Counted from the stretch's first letter, positions 19,591 to 29,493 are shown. The stretch is DNA of 64,000 bases from an uncultured virus (IMG/VR IMGVR_UViG_3300018023_000193) (IMGVR_UViG_3300018023_000193), one strand, 5' to 3'. Notes: a model not told the origin generated them from the sequence alone. Made by a program: numbers and translations.

Positions 19591-19691
19591 AAATAGTTTC
19601 AATACATAAAGTGGAAAAAGATTTTACAGTAGATATTGAAGTTGAAAATTCTCACTGTTATCAATTATCTAATGGAATTATATCACATAAT
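19587..19691 (+). mobile_element. split intein C-fragment (35 aa)
   Basis: Block F (VDIEVENSHCY) and block G ending His-Asn, with Thr+1. Confidence 0.92.
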
Positions 19692-20246
19692 ACGGTTTCA
19701 CAATTAGTAGATTCAGCAAGTGGTATTCATCCAAGATATTCTCAATTTTATATTAGACGCGCGCGCGCAGATAAAAAAGATCCAGTTTCTAAATTAATGA
19801 GAAATGCTGGAGTGCCAGTTGAAGATGATGTAACACATCCCGATCAAACGGATGTATTTTCATTCCCTATGAAATCTCCTGATACTGCTATTTTACGGAA
19901 TGATTTAAGTGCTTTAGACCAATTGCGTTTGGCTATGATTTATCAAAAAAATTGGTGCGAACATAAAACATCTATAACGGTATATGTTCGTGAATCGGAA
20001 TGGTTAGAAGTTGGCGCCTATGTCTATAAAAATTTTGATGAATTAAGTGGAGTAGCATTTTTACCATTTGATAATGGATCATATCGTCAAGCGCCCTATG
20101 AAGAAATAACGGAACAACAATATAATGAAGCATTAGATAAAATGCCTAAAAATATTGATTGGTCACAAATAACCAAATATGAATTAGATGATCAAACTGT
20201 TCATTCTAAAGACTTTGCCTGCGTAGGAAATTCATGCGAATTATAG
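19587..20246 (+). CDS. nrdJ: split intein C-half (35 aa) fused to C-terminal fragment of class II RNR (184 aa)
   Basis: MKIVSI..VDIEV..SH.Y...GIISHN|TVSQLVDSASGIHP; EHK.S.T; QAPYEEI; terminal ACVGNSCEL. Confidence 0.95.
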   Translation: MKIVSIHKVEKDFTVDIEVENSHCYQLSNGIISHNTVSQLVDSASGIHPRYSQFYIRRARADKKDPVSKLMRNAGVPVEDDVTHPDQTDVFSFPMKSPDTAILRNDLSALDQLRLAMIYQKNWCEHKTSITVYVRESEWLEVGAYVYKNFDELSGVAFLPFDNGSYRQAPYEEITEQQYNEALDKMPKNIDWSQITKYELDDQTVHSKDFACVGNSCEL

Positions 20247-20248
20247 AT

Positions 20249-20277
20249 TTGACAATTTAACATTTTTATGCTATTAT
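20249..20277 (+). promoter_or_regulatory. sigma70-type promoter
   Basis: TTGACA-17-TATTAT with TGn. Confidence 0.7.
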
Positions 20278-20297
20278 AATTGCGGGAGTATATAAAA

Positions 20298-20537
20298 ATG
20301 AAGATTCGAAAATATATTGAAAAGTTGGATGATATTTCAACTGATTTGTCTGATTTTAATAATAAAGTACCTATTGATGGATTGGATGAAGAAAATTCAG
20401 CTTATGTAACAGGTGTTTTGGATTCGGTAGTATTAACTTTAGATAATATTGCAAATGCACTTGATAGTATTGCTGATGTTATGGATGAAGATGAAAATGC
20501 GGAGTATGATGAGTTTGTGGGATCTTCTAAAAAATAA
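20298..20537 (+). CDS. small acidic hypothetical protein
   Basis: GGAG SD before ATG 20298; Asp/Glu-rich. Confidence 0.6.
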   Translation: MKIRKYIEKLDDISTDLSDFNNKVPIDGLDEENSAYVTGVLDSVVLTLDNIANALDSIADVMDEDENAEYDEFVGSSKK

Positions 20538-20539
20538 TT

Positions 20540-20821
20540 ATGCGGAGCCAGTGGATCCGGCTCCACCAACAGAGGCCGATCTGGATGAGGTTGTATTTTG
20601 GTATGAAGAAAACTTTAAAGAAATTAACGAATAAAGATATTCGGAAATTAATTCAAGATACACGGGATAAAATTAATGAATTTAACCGTAACTTGAAACA
20701 CGCGCCTTCTGGATCTCAGAAAAATGAATATAAACATTGGATTCATAAAAGCCGAATTAAATTGAATAAATTGGAAGAAATCGCTAAAGAGGGCACTTGG
20801 CATTTGGAGAAAGAATATTGA
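20540..20821 (+). CDS. basic hypothetical protein (start uncertain)
   Basis: ORF filling the gap before the GIY-YIG gene. Confidence 0.45.
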   Translation: MRSQWIRLHQQRPIWMRLYFGMKKTLKKLTNKDIRKLIQDTRDKINEFNRNLKHAPSGSQKNEYKHWIHKSRIKLNKLEEIAKEGTWHLEKEY

Positions 20822-20856
20822 TTCTTATCCACCAGATAAGTAATTTAATATGGACT

Positions 20857-20864
20857 TATAAATA
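20857..20864 (+). promoter_or_regulatory. T4 late promoter
   Basis: TATAAATA 6 nt before ORF 20871. Confidence 0.65.
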
Positions 20865-20870
20865 TTTTAT

Positions 20871-21809
20871 GTGATTCCTTGGATCTATAATGGCGAACCG
20901 ATAACAATTCCTCCAGAAGGAATATTTGGTTTTGTTTATAATATCAAATGTAATTTAAATGGGCGTCAATATATTGGCAAAAAACAGTTTTGGTCTAATC
21001 GTTCTAAAAAGGTTCCTGGGAAGAAAAATAGAAAACATATAGTATCTGAATCGGATTGGAAAGAATATTGGTCAAGTTCTGAAGATGTAAAAGCCGATAT
21101 TGAAAAATTTGGGCAAGAAAATTTTACTCGGGAAATTATCCGAATGTGTCCAATGAAAAGAGATTTGACTTTTGGTGAAGTAGAAATTCAAATAAAATTG
21201 GATGTATTAACGGCCTTGCTTCCAGATGGAACTAGGAAATTTTATAATAAAAATATACTTTCTCGCTGGTTTGTTCAACCGAATTTTAAATCAGAAGAAA
21301 CTAGACAAAAAATGTCTGAAGCCGCTATTAAATTGTGGAAGAATCCAGCACACAAAGAAAAACAGCACCAAAAATCTCAATCCAAAGAAACTAAAAAGAA
21401 ACATAGTTTGGCAATACATAAACTTTATAAAGATCCGGAATATTGTAAGAAAATGAGTAAAGCCCTGAAGGGTCATGTTGGTGTAATTCATACAGAAGAA
21501 ACTAAAAAAAATATTGGTAAGAAAAATTCGGATCATTGGAAAGATCCTGTTGCTAAAGAAAAACGAATAGAAACATTTATAAAAATTAGAAATACACCAG
21601 AATATAAAGAAAAACAAAGTAAGATCCAAAAAGTTGTTCAGGCTGAAGATTGGAAAATAATTTATCCTAATGGTGAAGAAAAACAAATTAAAAATCTTAA
21701 CCAATTTTGTAGAGATAATGATTTACAATCTAGTAATATGATCCGTGTTTCTCAAGGAAAACAAGATTATCATAAAGGATTTAGATGCTTTAAAGTTTTA
21801 TTAAAATAA
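20871..21809 (+). CDS. GIY-YIG (Seg-like) endonuclease with NUMOD-type DNA-binding repeats
   Basis: GFVY..YIGKK, ESDW..YWSS, F.REI, YN.NI; SEETRQKMS repeats; C-terminal NL..FCR.N.L..S.M module. Confidence 0.85.
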   Translation: MIPWIYNGEPITIPPEGIFGFVYNIKCNLNGRQYIGKKQFWSNRSKKVPGKKNRKHIVSESDWKEYWSSSEDVKADIEKFGQENFTREIIRMCPMKRDLTFGEVEIQIKLDVLTALLPDGTRKFYNKNILSRWFVQPNFKSEETRQKMSEAAIKLWKNPAHKEKQHQKSQSKETKKKHSLAIHKLYKDPEYCKKMSKALKGHVGVIHTEETKKNIGKKNSDHWKDPVAKEKRIETFIKIRNTPEYKEKQSKIQKVVQAEDWKIIYPNGEEKQIKNLNQFCRDNDLQSSNMIRVSQGKQDYHKGFRCFKVLLK

Positions 21810-21899
21810 TTTTATTTGGTGCACATCAGGAATTGTAAGTATGCTCATAATGGTAACATTCTTGGCAAATATTTCCATAAAGATATTGTTAATGGCCGC

Positions 21900-21928
21900 T
21901 TGACATTTTAATATCTTTGTGATATACT
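21900..21928 (+). promoter_or_regulatory. sigma70-type promoter
   Basis: TTGACA-17-TATACT with TGn. Confidence 0.8.
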
Positions 21929-21934
21929 TTAAGT

Positions 21935-22648
21935 ATGTCGATACTTATAATTCCAGATATTCATGAAGAAACAGAACAATTACAAAAAATTTTAACCAAA
22001 TACAACTATATTTCCAAAAAAATCTCTTTAGGAGATTGGTATGATAATCATGTAAAAGGTGAATATAATGTTGATTCTGTAGTTGAAACATCCAAAATGC
22101 ATTCAGATTTTGTTGAAAATCCAGACCATATTTGTCTTTTTGGGAATCATGATATGCCTTATGCTTTTCCGGGTATTTATGAATTATCATGTTCTGGGCA
22201 TCGTGGTTGGAAAAGAATGTATATAAAAGTTAATTGGAAGAAAATAAAACTTTTTCAATGGGAAACTCTCAATAAAAAAGAATGGCTTTTAAGTCATGCT
22301 GGATTTCATCCTTGTTTTGCTCCGATAACAAAAGGAAATTTGACAAATCTTTGTAATGCGGCTTTGGAAAACTTATATGGAGCCAAAGTAGATGATATTC
22401 TCCAGGCGGGAGAATATCGTGGTGGTCTTCATCGTTGGGGTGGTTGCACTTGGCATGATTTTAGAGAATTTGTTCCTACGCCTGGTGTAAATCAAATTGT
22501 GGGGCATACTCATAATCCAGGAATTTGGCAAAAACATATTGATGATTCTCAGAATTTTTGTATTGATTTTAAGAATGAAAATGGACAATATTTGGTACAT
22601 ATAGCTATTTTGGAAGATGATGGCACAGTCCATATTGAATGTGTATGA
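21935..22648 (+). CDS. calcineurin-like metallophosphoesterase
   Basis: DIH, GDWYD, GNHD, SHAG, GHTH motifs. Confidence 0.92.
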   Translation: MSILIIPDIHEETEQLQKILTKYNYISKKISLGDWYDNHVKGEYNVDSVVETSKMHSDFVENPDHICLFGNHDMPYAFPGIYELSCSGHRGWKRMYIKVNWKKIKLFQWETLNKKEWLLSHAGFHPCFAPITKGNLTNLCNAALENLYGAKVDDILQAGEYRGGLHRWGGCTWHDFREFVPTPGVNQIVGHTHNPGIWQKHIDDSQNFCIDFKNENGQYLVHIAILEDDGTVHIECV

Positions 22649-23346
22649 GTTATACGAAAACCTTTTTTGAAATTTTAGAAGTCCTTGAAGCTACTTTGAA
22701 AGTTATGGAGGATAGAGGTGAATATATTTCTCAAAAATCTAGTAAAAATAATGGAGAAACACCCACTTCTCATTTTGTAATTCAATATTTAAAAAATGGT
22801 TTAGATAAAACGGTTGAAATGGCTAAATTTTCAGAAAAAGCTGAAGAAATGCAGGCCTATTTTTCGGTAGTTCCTAAAGATCCAAATGATGATTTTTTGA
22901 AAAAAGTTTATGAATTGATGCAAATAAGAACTGTCTCTGAAAAGATGATAGGGTTTATTGTAGCTCTTCCTAATATGTATGAACATACTTTAGGAAGAGC
23001 TAACAAATTAATGAATATAGCCCAAAAATATTCCCAAAGTTCTTATATAGGAACAATTGGTATTCGGGATATTTTTATAGTTAAAGTGGTTGATATTGTT
23101 GAAATGACTAAAATCAGTAATACAACCGGAGAAAAAGAAACATTTTTCTTATATCGAGTATCGGATCGATTGGGTAATATGGGATTATTTTTTAAAAATG
23201 AAAAGAGTGATATGGAACTTTGGGATTGTTTTGAAATGAGAGCCACACCCAAAAAACAAGAACCTAATACAAAAACAGGAATTAAAGAAACACAATTTAT
23301 ACAAGTTCAAATAACTGAATATATCGGAAGAGGGACAGAAGAATGA
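22645..23346 (+). CDS. hypothetical protein (possible C-terminal OB-fold)
   Basis: S.YIG.IG.R...VKV pattern. Confidence 0.6.
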   Translation: MSYTKTFFEILEVLEATLKVMEDRGEYISQKSSKNNGETPTSHFVIQYLKNGLDKTVEMAKFSEKAEEMQAYFSVVPKDPNDDFLKKVYELMQIRTVSEKMIGFIVALPNMYEHTLGRANKLMNIAQKYSQSSYIGTIGIRDIFIVKVVDIVEMTKISNTTGEKETFFLYRVSDRLGNMGLFFKNEKSDMELWDCFEMRATPKKQEPNTKTGIKETQFIQVQITEYIGRGTEE

Positions 23347-23642
23347 TGGAAAATCCATTAATTTCGGTTAAAAAGAAGGGGCCGCAACGGAGACAATTAA
23401 GTCCGGTAGATATAAAATGTCCTCAAAATATTTCTTTATATAAAAGAGTAGATTCGGAAAGTCTTGTTCGAGGAATTCCTCAAAATATTAGAGATAAAAT
23501 TTGGACTTTTTATAGTTCTATTCGTCCAAATGATGAAATTTGGTATTATAATTCACAAGATTCTTCTGGTTATGCGATTGTACGTCATGAATTTACTGGT
23601 CCTGAAGTAGTATCAACTTATGAAGTTTGGAGAAGACATTAA
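23343..23642 (+). CDS. hypothetical protein
   Basis: ATGA-coupled ORF. Confidence 0.6.
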   Translation: MMENPLISVKKKGPQRRQLSPVDIKCPQNISLYKRVDSESLVRGIPQNIRDKIWTFYSSIRPNDEIWYYNSQDSSGYAIVRHEFTGPEVVSTYEVWRRH

Positions 23643-23685
23643 TGGAAAAAGAAATTTATTCAGAAAGAGTTAAAAGTTATAGATT

Positions 23686-24114
23686 ATGAATCTCCAAAAA
23701 CAGATAGAGAAAATACTTAAACTAGATTTTGAAATGTTCCCAGAGAATAAAGAAAAATCTAAAGCTAATATGTCCAAAATTGTGGCTCATTTGGTAAAAG
23801 AGATTGGTGAATTTCATGGTACTTCCCGTTCTTTCTTTGGAAGACAATATTCTCCAGAGAAAGTGGCCACATTGGACCATATTTGTGAAGAACTTGGTGA
23901 TATTTTATTTCTTATAATTGTGTTATGTAAAATGATGGATATTTCCATTAAAGACGCTTTAGATACGGCTATAAATAAACTCCAACAACGGTTGAATGAT
24001 TATAATAAGGCAACTATAAATTGTCCGTATATTCCAAAAAATATAGATAAATTAAAATTCCCTAAAGATCACCAACCATTTAAATATGATACAGAAGATA
24101 AAATTAATCAATGA
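23686..24114 (+). CDS. MazG-like NTP pyrophosphohydrolase
   Basis: L..EIGE ... EELGDILF helical motif. Confidence 0.8.
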   Translation: MNLQKQIEKILKLDFEMFPENKEKSKANMSKIVAHLVKEIGEFHGTSRSFFGRQYSPEKVATLDHICEELGDILFLIIVLCKMMDISIKDALDTAINKLQQRLNDYNKATINCPYIPKNIDKLKFPKDHQPFKYDTEDKINQ

Positions 24115-24776
24115 AATTTAACCATTTAAATATTATTGTTCCACAACATGCTAAACAAATTTCTCCAGATGGTACTGGTAAAAGATTATATCAAACACCA
24201 GAGGGAAAGATATATCCATCAATTACTACAATTTTGGCTCCTTTAAAAGAAGAAATTTTAACTCAATGGAGAGAAAGAGTTGGTGATAAAGTTGCAGATG
24301 CTGAATCAAATTGGGGAAAAGGAAGAGGAACCGCTTTACATTTAGCATGTGAAGAATTGGTACAAAATAAAAGTCTTAAAGGACATCCATTATTGATCCG
24401 AATGCTCATTGAAGATTTGATGCCTTATATCCGAAAAATAGATAATATCCATTGTCAAGAAACAGTATTATATTCGGATAAATTTAGAACTGCTGGAAGA
24501 GTTGATTTAATTGCTGAATATGATGGAAAATTATCTATTATAGATTTTAAAGGATCTAAAAGATCTAAAAAGCGAGAATGGATTACAGATTATTTTATCC
24601 AAACTGCATTTTATGCAGCCGCATATTATGAACGGACTCGATATAAAATAAAACAAAATGTTATTTTAATGGCAAATGAAATTGGTCTTGCGGAAGAATA
24701 TATTGAATATCCTTGGAATTGGTGGCAACAATTAAAAGATATACGTGAAGATTATTATAAAAAGTTTGGTATTTAA
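24111..24776 (+). CDS. PD-(D/E)xK (Cas4/RecB-like) exonuclease
   Basis: YPSITTIL, WR.RVG, RGT..H, AGRVD, IIDFK, YF.Q...Y. Confidence 0.9.
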   Translation: MKFNHLNIIVPQHAKQISPDGTGKRLYQTPEGKIYPSITTILAPLKEEILTQWRERVGDKVADAESNWGKGRGTALHLACEELVQNKSLKGHPLLIRMLIEDLMPYIRKIDNIHCQETVLYSDKFRTAGRVDLIAEYDGKLSIIDFKGSKRSKKREWITDYFIQTAFYAAAYYERTRYKIKQNVILMANEIGLAEEYIEYPWNWWQQLKDIREDYYKKFGI

Positions 24777-24847
24777 TGACTCGAAAAGAAGCGAAGAAAT
24801 GAATTAGGAAATACACCAAAAGAAGGAAATAAAGAGGTAAATGGATT

Positions 24848-25069
24848 ATGAAAGTTTGGGTATACGTAATAGAATCGTTAAGTCCAAAAGGATATAATTG
24901 TTTTGAAAAAGAATTTCCAAATCATTATAAATTTCAAGATTGTATTGATGATTTAAAATGGGATGGAGTATATACAGAAAATGCGAACGGTTCTTTAAAA
25001 GATTATTTTCCTCCAACATCAATTCTTAAAATTAGTATTAATTATACTGAGGAAGGAAATGTAACATGA
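24848..25069 (+). CDS. hypothetical protein
   Basis: SD-preceded small ORF. Confidence 0.55.
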   Translation: MKVWVYVIESLSPKGYNCFEKEFPNHYKFQDCIDDLKWDGVYTENANGSLKDYFPPTSILKISINYTEEGNVT

Positions 25070-25254
25070 AAATACTCCCATTAAAGAAAAGAGAAATTAA
25101 AATTTCGGATTGTGGTGCTTGTCCATTTTTTGATTATGGAAATGATTTATATGACCATAGGTGTAGAATTGAAACTTTAGCTTTTGTTTCAATTCATGGT
25201 ATTCCTCCTGAGTGTCCTTTATATGATGCAATTAGATTACCTAATATAGGATAG
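25066..25254 (+). CDS. small Cys-rich hypothetical protein
   Basis: CxxCP..C..IP..CPL pattern common in phage small proteins. Confidence 0.6.
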   Translation: MKILPLKKREIKISDCGACPFFDYGNDLYDHRCRIETLAFVSIHGIPPECPLYDAIRLPNIG

Positions 25255-25257
25255 AAA

Positions 25258-25482
25258 ATGATAGTTAATAATAAAAAAATTACATATAACGATATTATTG
25301 AAAAAGTCAATGAAGGGTATGATCGTGGTGGTGCAGATGTTCTTAAAATCATTTTAACCACTTTAGATACTCTTTCAGAAAAAAAGGAATTGGAAAAAGA
25401 AATTCTTTTTTGTCGATATATTGTTGAAGCTGTTCGCCAACAATTAGAAGAAATGGTTAAAATCAAAAGCGTAAAGCCTTAA
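25258..25482 (+). CDS. hypothetical protein
   Basis: Compact ORF in gene run. Confidence 0.55.
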   Translation: MIVNNKKITYNDIIEKVNEGYDRGGADVLKIILTTLDTLSEKKELEKEILFCRYIVEAVRQQLEEMVKIKSVKP

Positions 25483-25661
25483 AGATGGTAATGATGTGAT
25501 CTTGGATAACACATATATGAATCCAAGAACTTTGGAAAAATGAAAGAATTTCTGAAACAAGAATTTCCAGAAGTTTTGGTTATTTAGACCACGAGTAATA
25601 CGATTATGGAAATCTATGGGGCTTCCAGTATTTAATGTAGGTAATGGAGAGGAATTTTAAA

Positions 25662-25967
25662 ATGACATTAACAGAAAAACAAAATTATAAAAATGAAATC
25701 TTAGATATTCTCCGTCTTGGTGAATGTTTTTTGGTTTATTATAAACTTAATGGTGATGTAAGAGTAGCTTCAGGAACTTTAAAAAGAGATTTAATTCCAC
25801 CAGAGTTTCTTCCAAAATCTGAAATATCTAGTCCATTAGATCAAACAGAAAAAAATATAGAATATTCTGGTTTAGTTCATTATTTTGATTTAGGTTCTAA
25901 AGGATGGCGGAATTTTTATATGGAAAATTTAAAAAGTATTTCTTTAAGAGAGATTTTATATGCATAA
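25662..25967 (+). CDS. WYL_2/SH3-barrel (DUF2693-like) protein
   Basis: Y.K.NG..R.A.GTL...LIP ... YFDL...GWR.F. Confidence 0.75.
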   Translation: MTLTEKQNYKNEILDILRLGECFLVYYKLNGDVRVASGTLKRDLIPPEFLPKSEISSPLDQTEKNIEYSGLVHYFDLGSKGWRNFYMENLKSISLREILYA

Positions 25968-26199
25968 TGCAATACCTATTGTTGGTTGTGCAGGATGTAG
26001 TGGAAGTGGTGGAACAATGGGTTGTCCTATTCATGGTAATAATATTTATCTTCCTTCAACTTATTATTATCCCTCAATTATACCATATAAATGTCCAGTT
26101 TGTAATGGTAATGGAAAAATGACACATGGGATATACGGAGAAATGTGGGCTCAATGCCATGCATGTAATGGTACTGGAATCATTTGGGGATTAAATTAA
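25960..26199 (+). CDS. small DnaJ-type zinc-finger protein
   Basis: CPVCNGNG and CHACNGTG. Confidence 0.6.
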   Translation: MHNAIPIVGCAGCSGSGGTMGCPIHGNNIYLPSTYYYPSIIPYKCPVCNGNGKMTHGIYGEMWAQCHACNGTGIIWGLN

Positions 26200-26544
26200 T
26201 CTACCAGGACTATATCGTTTATTATTAAAATTTACATATTTTCTTTTAGGTTTTCCAGTAGAATCTAATTTGATGTGACCATCTGGTCCTTTTTCAACTC
26301 CACCATCTGGTACTGAATTTTGCATTCTTCCAAGAATACCATGGAGAAACGCATCTGGTGGGCGAGTGATTCCTAATTTAATGGGATCACCAATCGCTGG
26401 AGCAGAACTTAACCACCAATGGAGACTTTTTTCAGCACCACATTCTGGGCAAGTTTGAGTTTCAGGATAATCAACATCAGCTATTTTTAAATTGGTTTCA
26501 AAAATCATTTCGCATTTATTGCACTTATATTCATAATTCGGCAT
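26191..26544 (-). CDS. FmdB-family zinc-ribbon protein
   Basis: MPNYEYKCNKC...CPECG; own late promoter and SD on minus strand. Confidence 0.85.
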   Translation of the reverse strand: MPNYEYKCNKCEMIFETNLKIADVDYPETQTCPECGAEKSLHWWLSSAPAIGDPIKLGITRPPDAFLHGILGRMQNSVPDGGVEKGPDGHIKLDSTGKPKRKYVNFNNKRYSPGRLI

Positions 26545-26567
26545 TGTTTTAAAAATTACCTCAAAAA

Positions 26568-26575
26568 TATTTATA
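26568..26575 (-). promoter_or_regulatory. T4 late promoter
   Basis: TATAAATA on minus strand upstream of FmdB-like gene. Confidence 0.65.
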
Positions 26576-26584
26576 TAATTCTTC

Positions 26585-26613
26585 TTGACATTTATTTTGA
26601 TTTGTGTCATACT
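26585..26613 (+). promoter_or_regulatory. sigma70-type promoter
   Basis: TTGACA-17-CATACT with TGn. Confidence 0.7.
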
Positions 26614-26619
26614 ATAATC

Positions 26620-27807
26620 ATGGGAAGACATAAAAAAGAACGAACAATTTTCGCAGGGCTTGATGTTACCGAAAAGAAAATTAGGAAAACTAATAAACTA
26701 TCCAAAACCATTATGGGTGGTTCAGAACCTGAATGGATTATGCCTAGTAAATTGTTGTCCGAAAAAGAATCTCAATTAGAATTCCAACTCCAATTGGGAA
26801 AACATTGTAATTGGTATAATGTTTATTCTTCGGAAGCAAAAAAGAAAAAATATTTAATTGAATATACTGAGAAATTTTTCCCCGAAATTGTCTATGTTAT
26901 TGAAAAAATGCCAGAAAAATCATTTGTATGTGGGAAACCTCATGTAATGGCTATGGTTGCTCGTTGTATTTTAAGAGGTGCACCATTACAATATGATGCC
27001 TTTGATAATCAAGGACGTTTAAACCAATTCATTCAAGATATAGTTAAATTGGATGAAAAGGAAAAAAATCAACCTGAACGTAAACGGGCCCGTGATACCA
27101 AAGTTGTTGAATATATCTCCATCGTGGAAAATATTATCGATTATTATTTAAAGCAAAAAGGAAAGATAAAATTTTCTGATCCTTGTATGGTAGATACAAT
27201 TTTAAAACGTGGTGCTTCTAAGGCTCAATTAACTCAAATTAATTACCATTTTTCAAATTTTGTTTCTAATTTGGTTGCATTAAATTCAGGTAAAAAAGAT
27301 GAATATTTGGAAGAAGCATATAGTAATCAACCATTAGAAACTTGGTTAAAATTGTGTGATTGGTTAACAGGTGAACCAAATAAGGAACTCTTGGCATCAA
27401 TTAAAAAACAAAGAAAACCAAGAAGGAAAAAAGTTAAAACTGCGGCACAATTATTGAAATTATTTGTTTATCAAAAATCTGATGAGGAATTAAAATTTAA
27501 TTCAATTGAACCAGAACATATTATTGATTCTACCCAACTTTGGGTTTTTAATACCAAAACAAGAAAACTTGGTGTTTATTATTCTCAAGAAGGTAAAACT
27601 TTAAGTGTATCTCGGAAATCAATTATTAATTATGATGAAAAAATTAGTATTCAAAAGAAAATTCGGAAACCAAAAGAAATTGTTCCACAAATTTTAACTG
27701 CTGGTAAAGTAGCTTTAAAACATGTAATGGAAAAAATTCGAGCAGTTGAATCTCCAATAAAGAGTAGAATTAATGAAACTGTATTATTGTTAAGAGCATT
27801 AAAATGA
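26620..27807 (+). CDS. conserved T4-like hypothetical protein
   Basis: NWYN, RKPR.KK, SI.P..II....LWVFNTK.RKL..Y, K.RKP, RINE..LL. Confidence 0.8.
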   Translation: MGRHKKERTIFAGLDVTEKKIRKTNKLSKTIMGGSEPEWIMPSKLLSEKESQLEFQLQLGKHCNWYNVYSSEAKKKKYLIEYTEKFFPEIVYVIEKMPEKSFVCGKPHVMAMVARCILRGAPLQYDAFDNQGRLNQFIQDIVKLDEKEKNQPERKRARDTKVVEYISIVENIIDYYLKQKGKIKFSDPCMVDTILKRGASKAQLTQINYHFSNFVSNLVALNSGKKDEYLEEAYSNQPLETWLKLCDWLTGEPNKELLASIKKQRKPRRKKVKTAAQLLKLFVYQKSDEELKFNSIEPEHIIDSTQLWVFNTKTRKLGVYYSQEGKTLSVSRKSIINYDEKISIQKKIRKPKEIVPQILTAGKVALKHVMEKIRAVESPIKSRINETVLLLRALK

Positions 27808-28049
27808 AAATTTATTATAATGATAGTTTAAGATATCCTCTTGATGAAGGTATTGGAACCTGCCATTCAGAATTATGCCAATTTAAAAAACCTAGAAGTA
27901 CTTGGATTCAATATATGATGGAATATTATGAAAAAATATTTCCTAAGGCAACAAAAGTTCAATATCATAAATGGGCTGAACATGCAGTAGATCAGGCTCT
28001 TTCAGAATTAGGAGATTATTTTAGTTTTAGTTATTGGAGGCATCAATGA
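27804..28049 (+). CDS. hypothetical protein
   Basis: ATGA-coupled ORF. Confidence 0.55.
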   Translation: MKIYYNDSLRYPLDEGIGTCHSELCQFKKPRSTWIQYMMEYYEKIFPKATKVQYHKWAEHAVDQALSELGDYFSFSYWRHQ

Positions 28050-28249
28050 CCAAAAGTGGAGATGTTAAATTCTATAAAGGGGTGTTTATCAACCAATTAA
28101 TTTTAATAAACCTTTAGTTCATAAATTATGCGATGATAAATACCGATTATATTTTGAATTTGGTTATGAATTCCCAAAATGTCATGATTCTTGGGAGATG
28201 GATACTCTTGGGTTTGAAGGTGTAATAAAATTTTTTATGAGGTAATATT

Positions 28250-28453
28250 ATGGATTTAGATGATGAATATGATTTGATTTATTGTTCTATGTGTGGATCT
28301 AGATTAGATGAAGATGGTTTTTGCCCAAATGAAAATCATGATTATGTGGATAATTTTTGGGATGATGATATTTTTGATGATTATTTTGATTTAAGACCAG
28401 GATATGATTATATAGATCCAAAGGATAATGATGAAGAAGAATTTAAAAGCTGA
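28250..28453 (+). CDS. small acidic zinc-ribbon protein
   Basis: GAGG SD; CxxCG..L...G.CP; very Asp-rich. Confidence 0.6.
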   Translation: MDLDDEYDLIYCSMCGSRLDEDGFCPNENHDYVDNFWDDDIFDDYFDLRPGYDYIDPKDNDEEEFKS

Positions 28454-28688
28454 ATCTTTAGAGATTATACAAGATGCAAAAGATAATGGAGTTATTTCTG
28501 GTCGTGGTATATTAATAGATAAACATACAAGATTTTTATATTTGGTTATCGATCCTGAAAAAGTTAATCATGAATATCTCCAAAAAGAAGCCAAAAATTT
28601 TTGGTTGCTTTATATAAATAAAAATGTAGAAGATAAAACACCTAGTGATAATGCAAATGATACAATTCCTGAAAAATCTATTTCATAA
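28428..28688 (+). CDS. hypothetical protein
   Basis: Overlapping ORF in gene run. Confidence 0.5.
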   Translation: MMKKNLKAESLEIIQDAKDNGVISGRGILIDKHTRFLYLVIDPEKVNHEYLQKEAKNFWLLYINKNVEDKTPSDNANDTIPEKSIS

Positions 28689-29127
28689 ATCTAAAAAATA
28701 TAAATTACTCCGCCTTACTTTAGTTGCTCCTACCTGGGATCGTCAATTAAATACTATAGTAGAACCAGAAATAAATTATGATGTTTATGAAAGTTTGGTT
28801 CGAGAACATAAAGAAGTTATTGAACCACAACCTGGAGATACTCCTGAAATTCTTGCTTCTTTAATGTCCCAGGCCGCTTGTGATAGAGAATTTCCTAGGG
28901 TAATTGTTTATCCAATTGATTATGAAATGCGGAAAAAGGTTGAAGACTTATTAAAAATTACAAAAAAAGTTTCTACAAAAGATGCAAGTGGTAAAACTAT
29001 AACAAGTATAAACCAAATATATCCAATGTATGAATATTATCCTGCATCTATTATTTCTAATGAAGAATTAAATTCCAAAACTTTAATTTATAAGTATAGG
29101 AGATCTAGTAATGCTAAAATTATTTAA
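28645..29127 (+). CDS. hypothetical protein (late-promoter driven)
   Basis: TATAAATA at 28613-28620 upstream. Confidence 0.6.
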   Translation: MIMQMIQFLKNLFHKSKKYKLLRLTLVAPTWDRQLNTIVEPEINYDVYESLVREHKEVIEPQPGDTPEILASLMSQAACDREFPRVIVYPIDYEMRKKVEDLLKITKKVSTKDASGKTITSINQIYPMYEYYPASIISNEELNSKTLIYKYRRSSNAKII

Positions 29128-29359
29128 ACAACTGAAAGCTATTATAGAAGTATTATTTATACCTATTCCAAATGGATTATGGTGTGGTGAACCTGAATGT
29201 ATTCTTACCACATTCCGTAAAATTCAAATAGATGGAACTTCAGTGATGAAATATTGGCATGAGCCATTTGTATGTAATGGAAAATGTAAATATGGATGGA
29301 CGCGTGGTTATGTAAATTTTCGTTTTAATGAAGAAAAATCGATTATTTCATTTGATTGA
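29111..29359 (+). CDS. hypothetical protein
   Basis: Overlapping ORF. Confidence 0.5.
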   Translation: MLKLFKQLKAIIEVLFIPIPNGLWCGEPECILTTFRKIQIDGTSVMKYWHEPFVCNGKCKYGWTRGYVNFRFNEEKSIISFD

Positions 29360-29493
29360 GCATATATTATCAATTGAACTCGGCTGATGCAACCTAGCGT
29401 CTGCCTACGCGAAATAGAGCTATTGTAGATATATAAGCTTATTGTGCTGTACGCTTATTAGCTTTTTATGTTTAGACTCGTGTTTATATAAGC

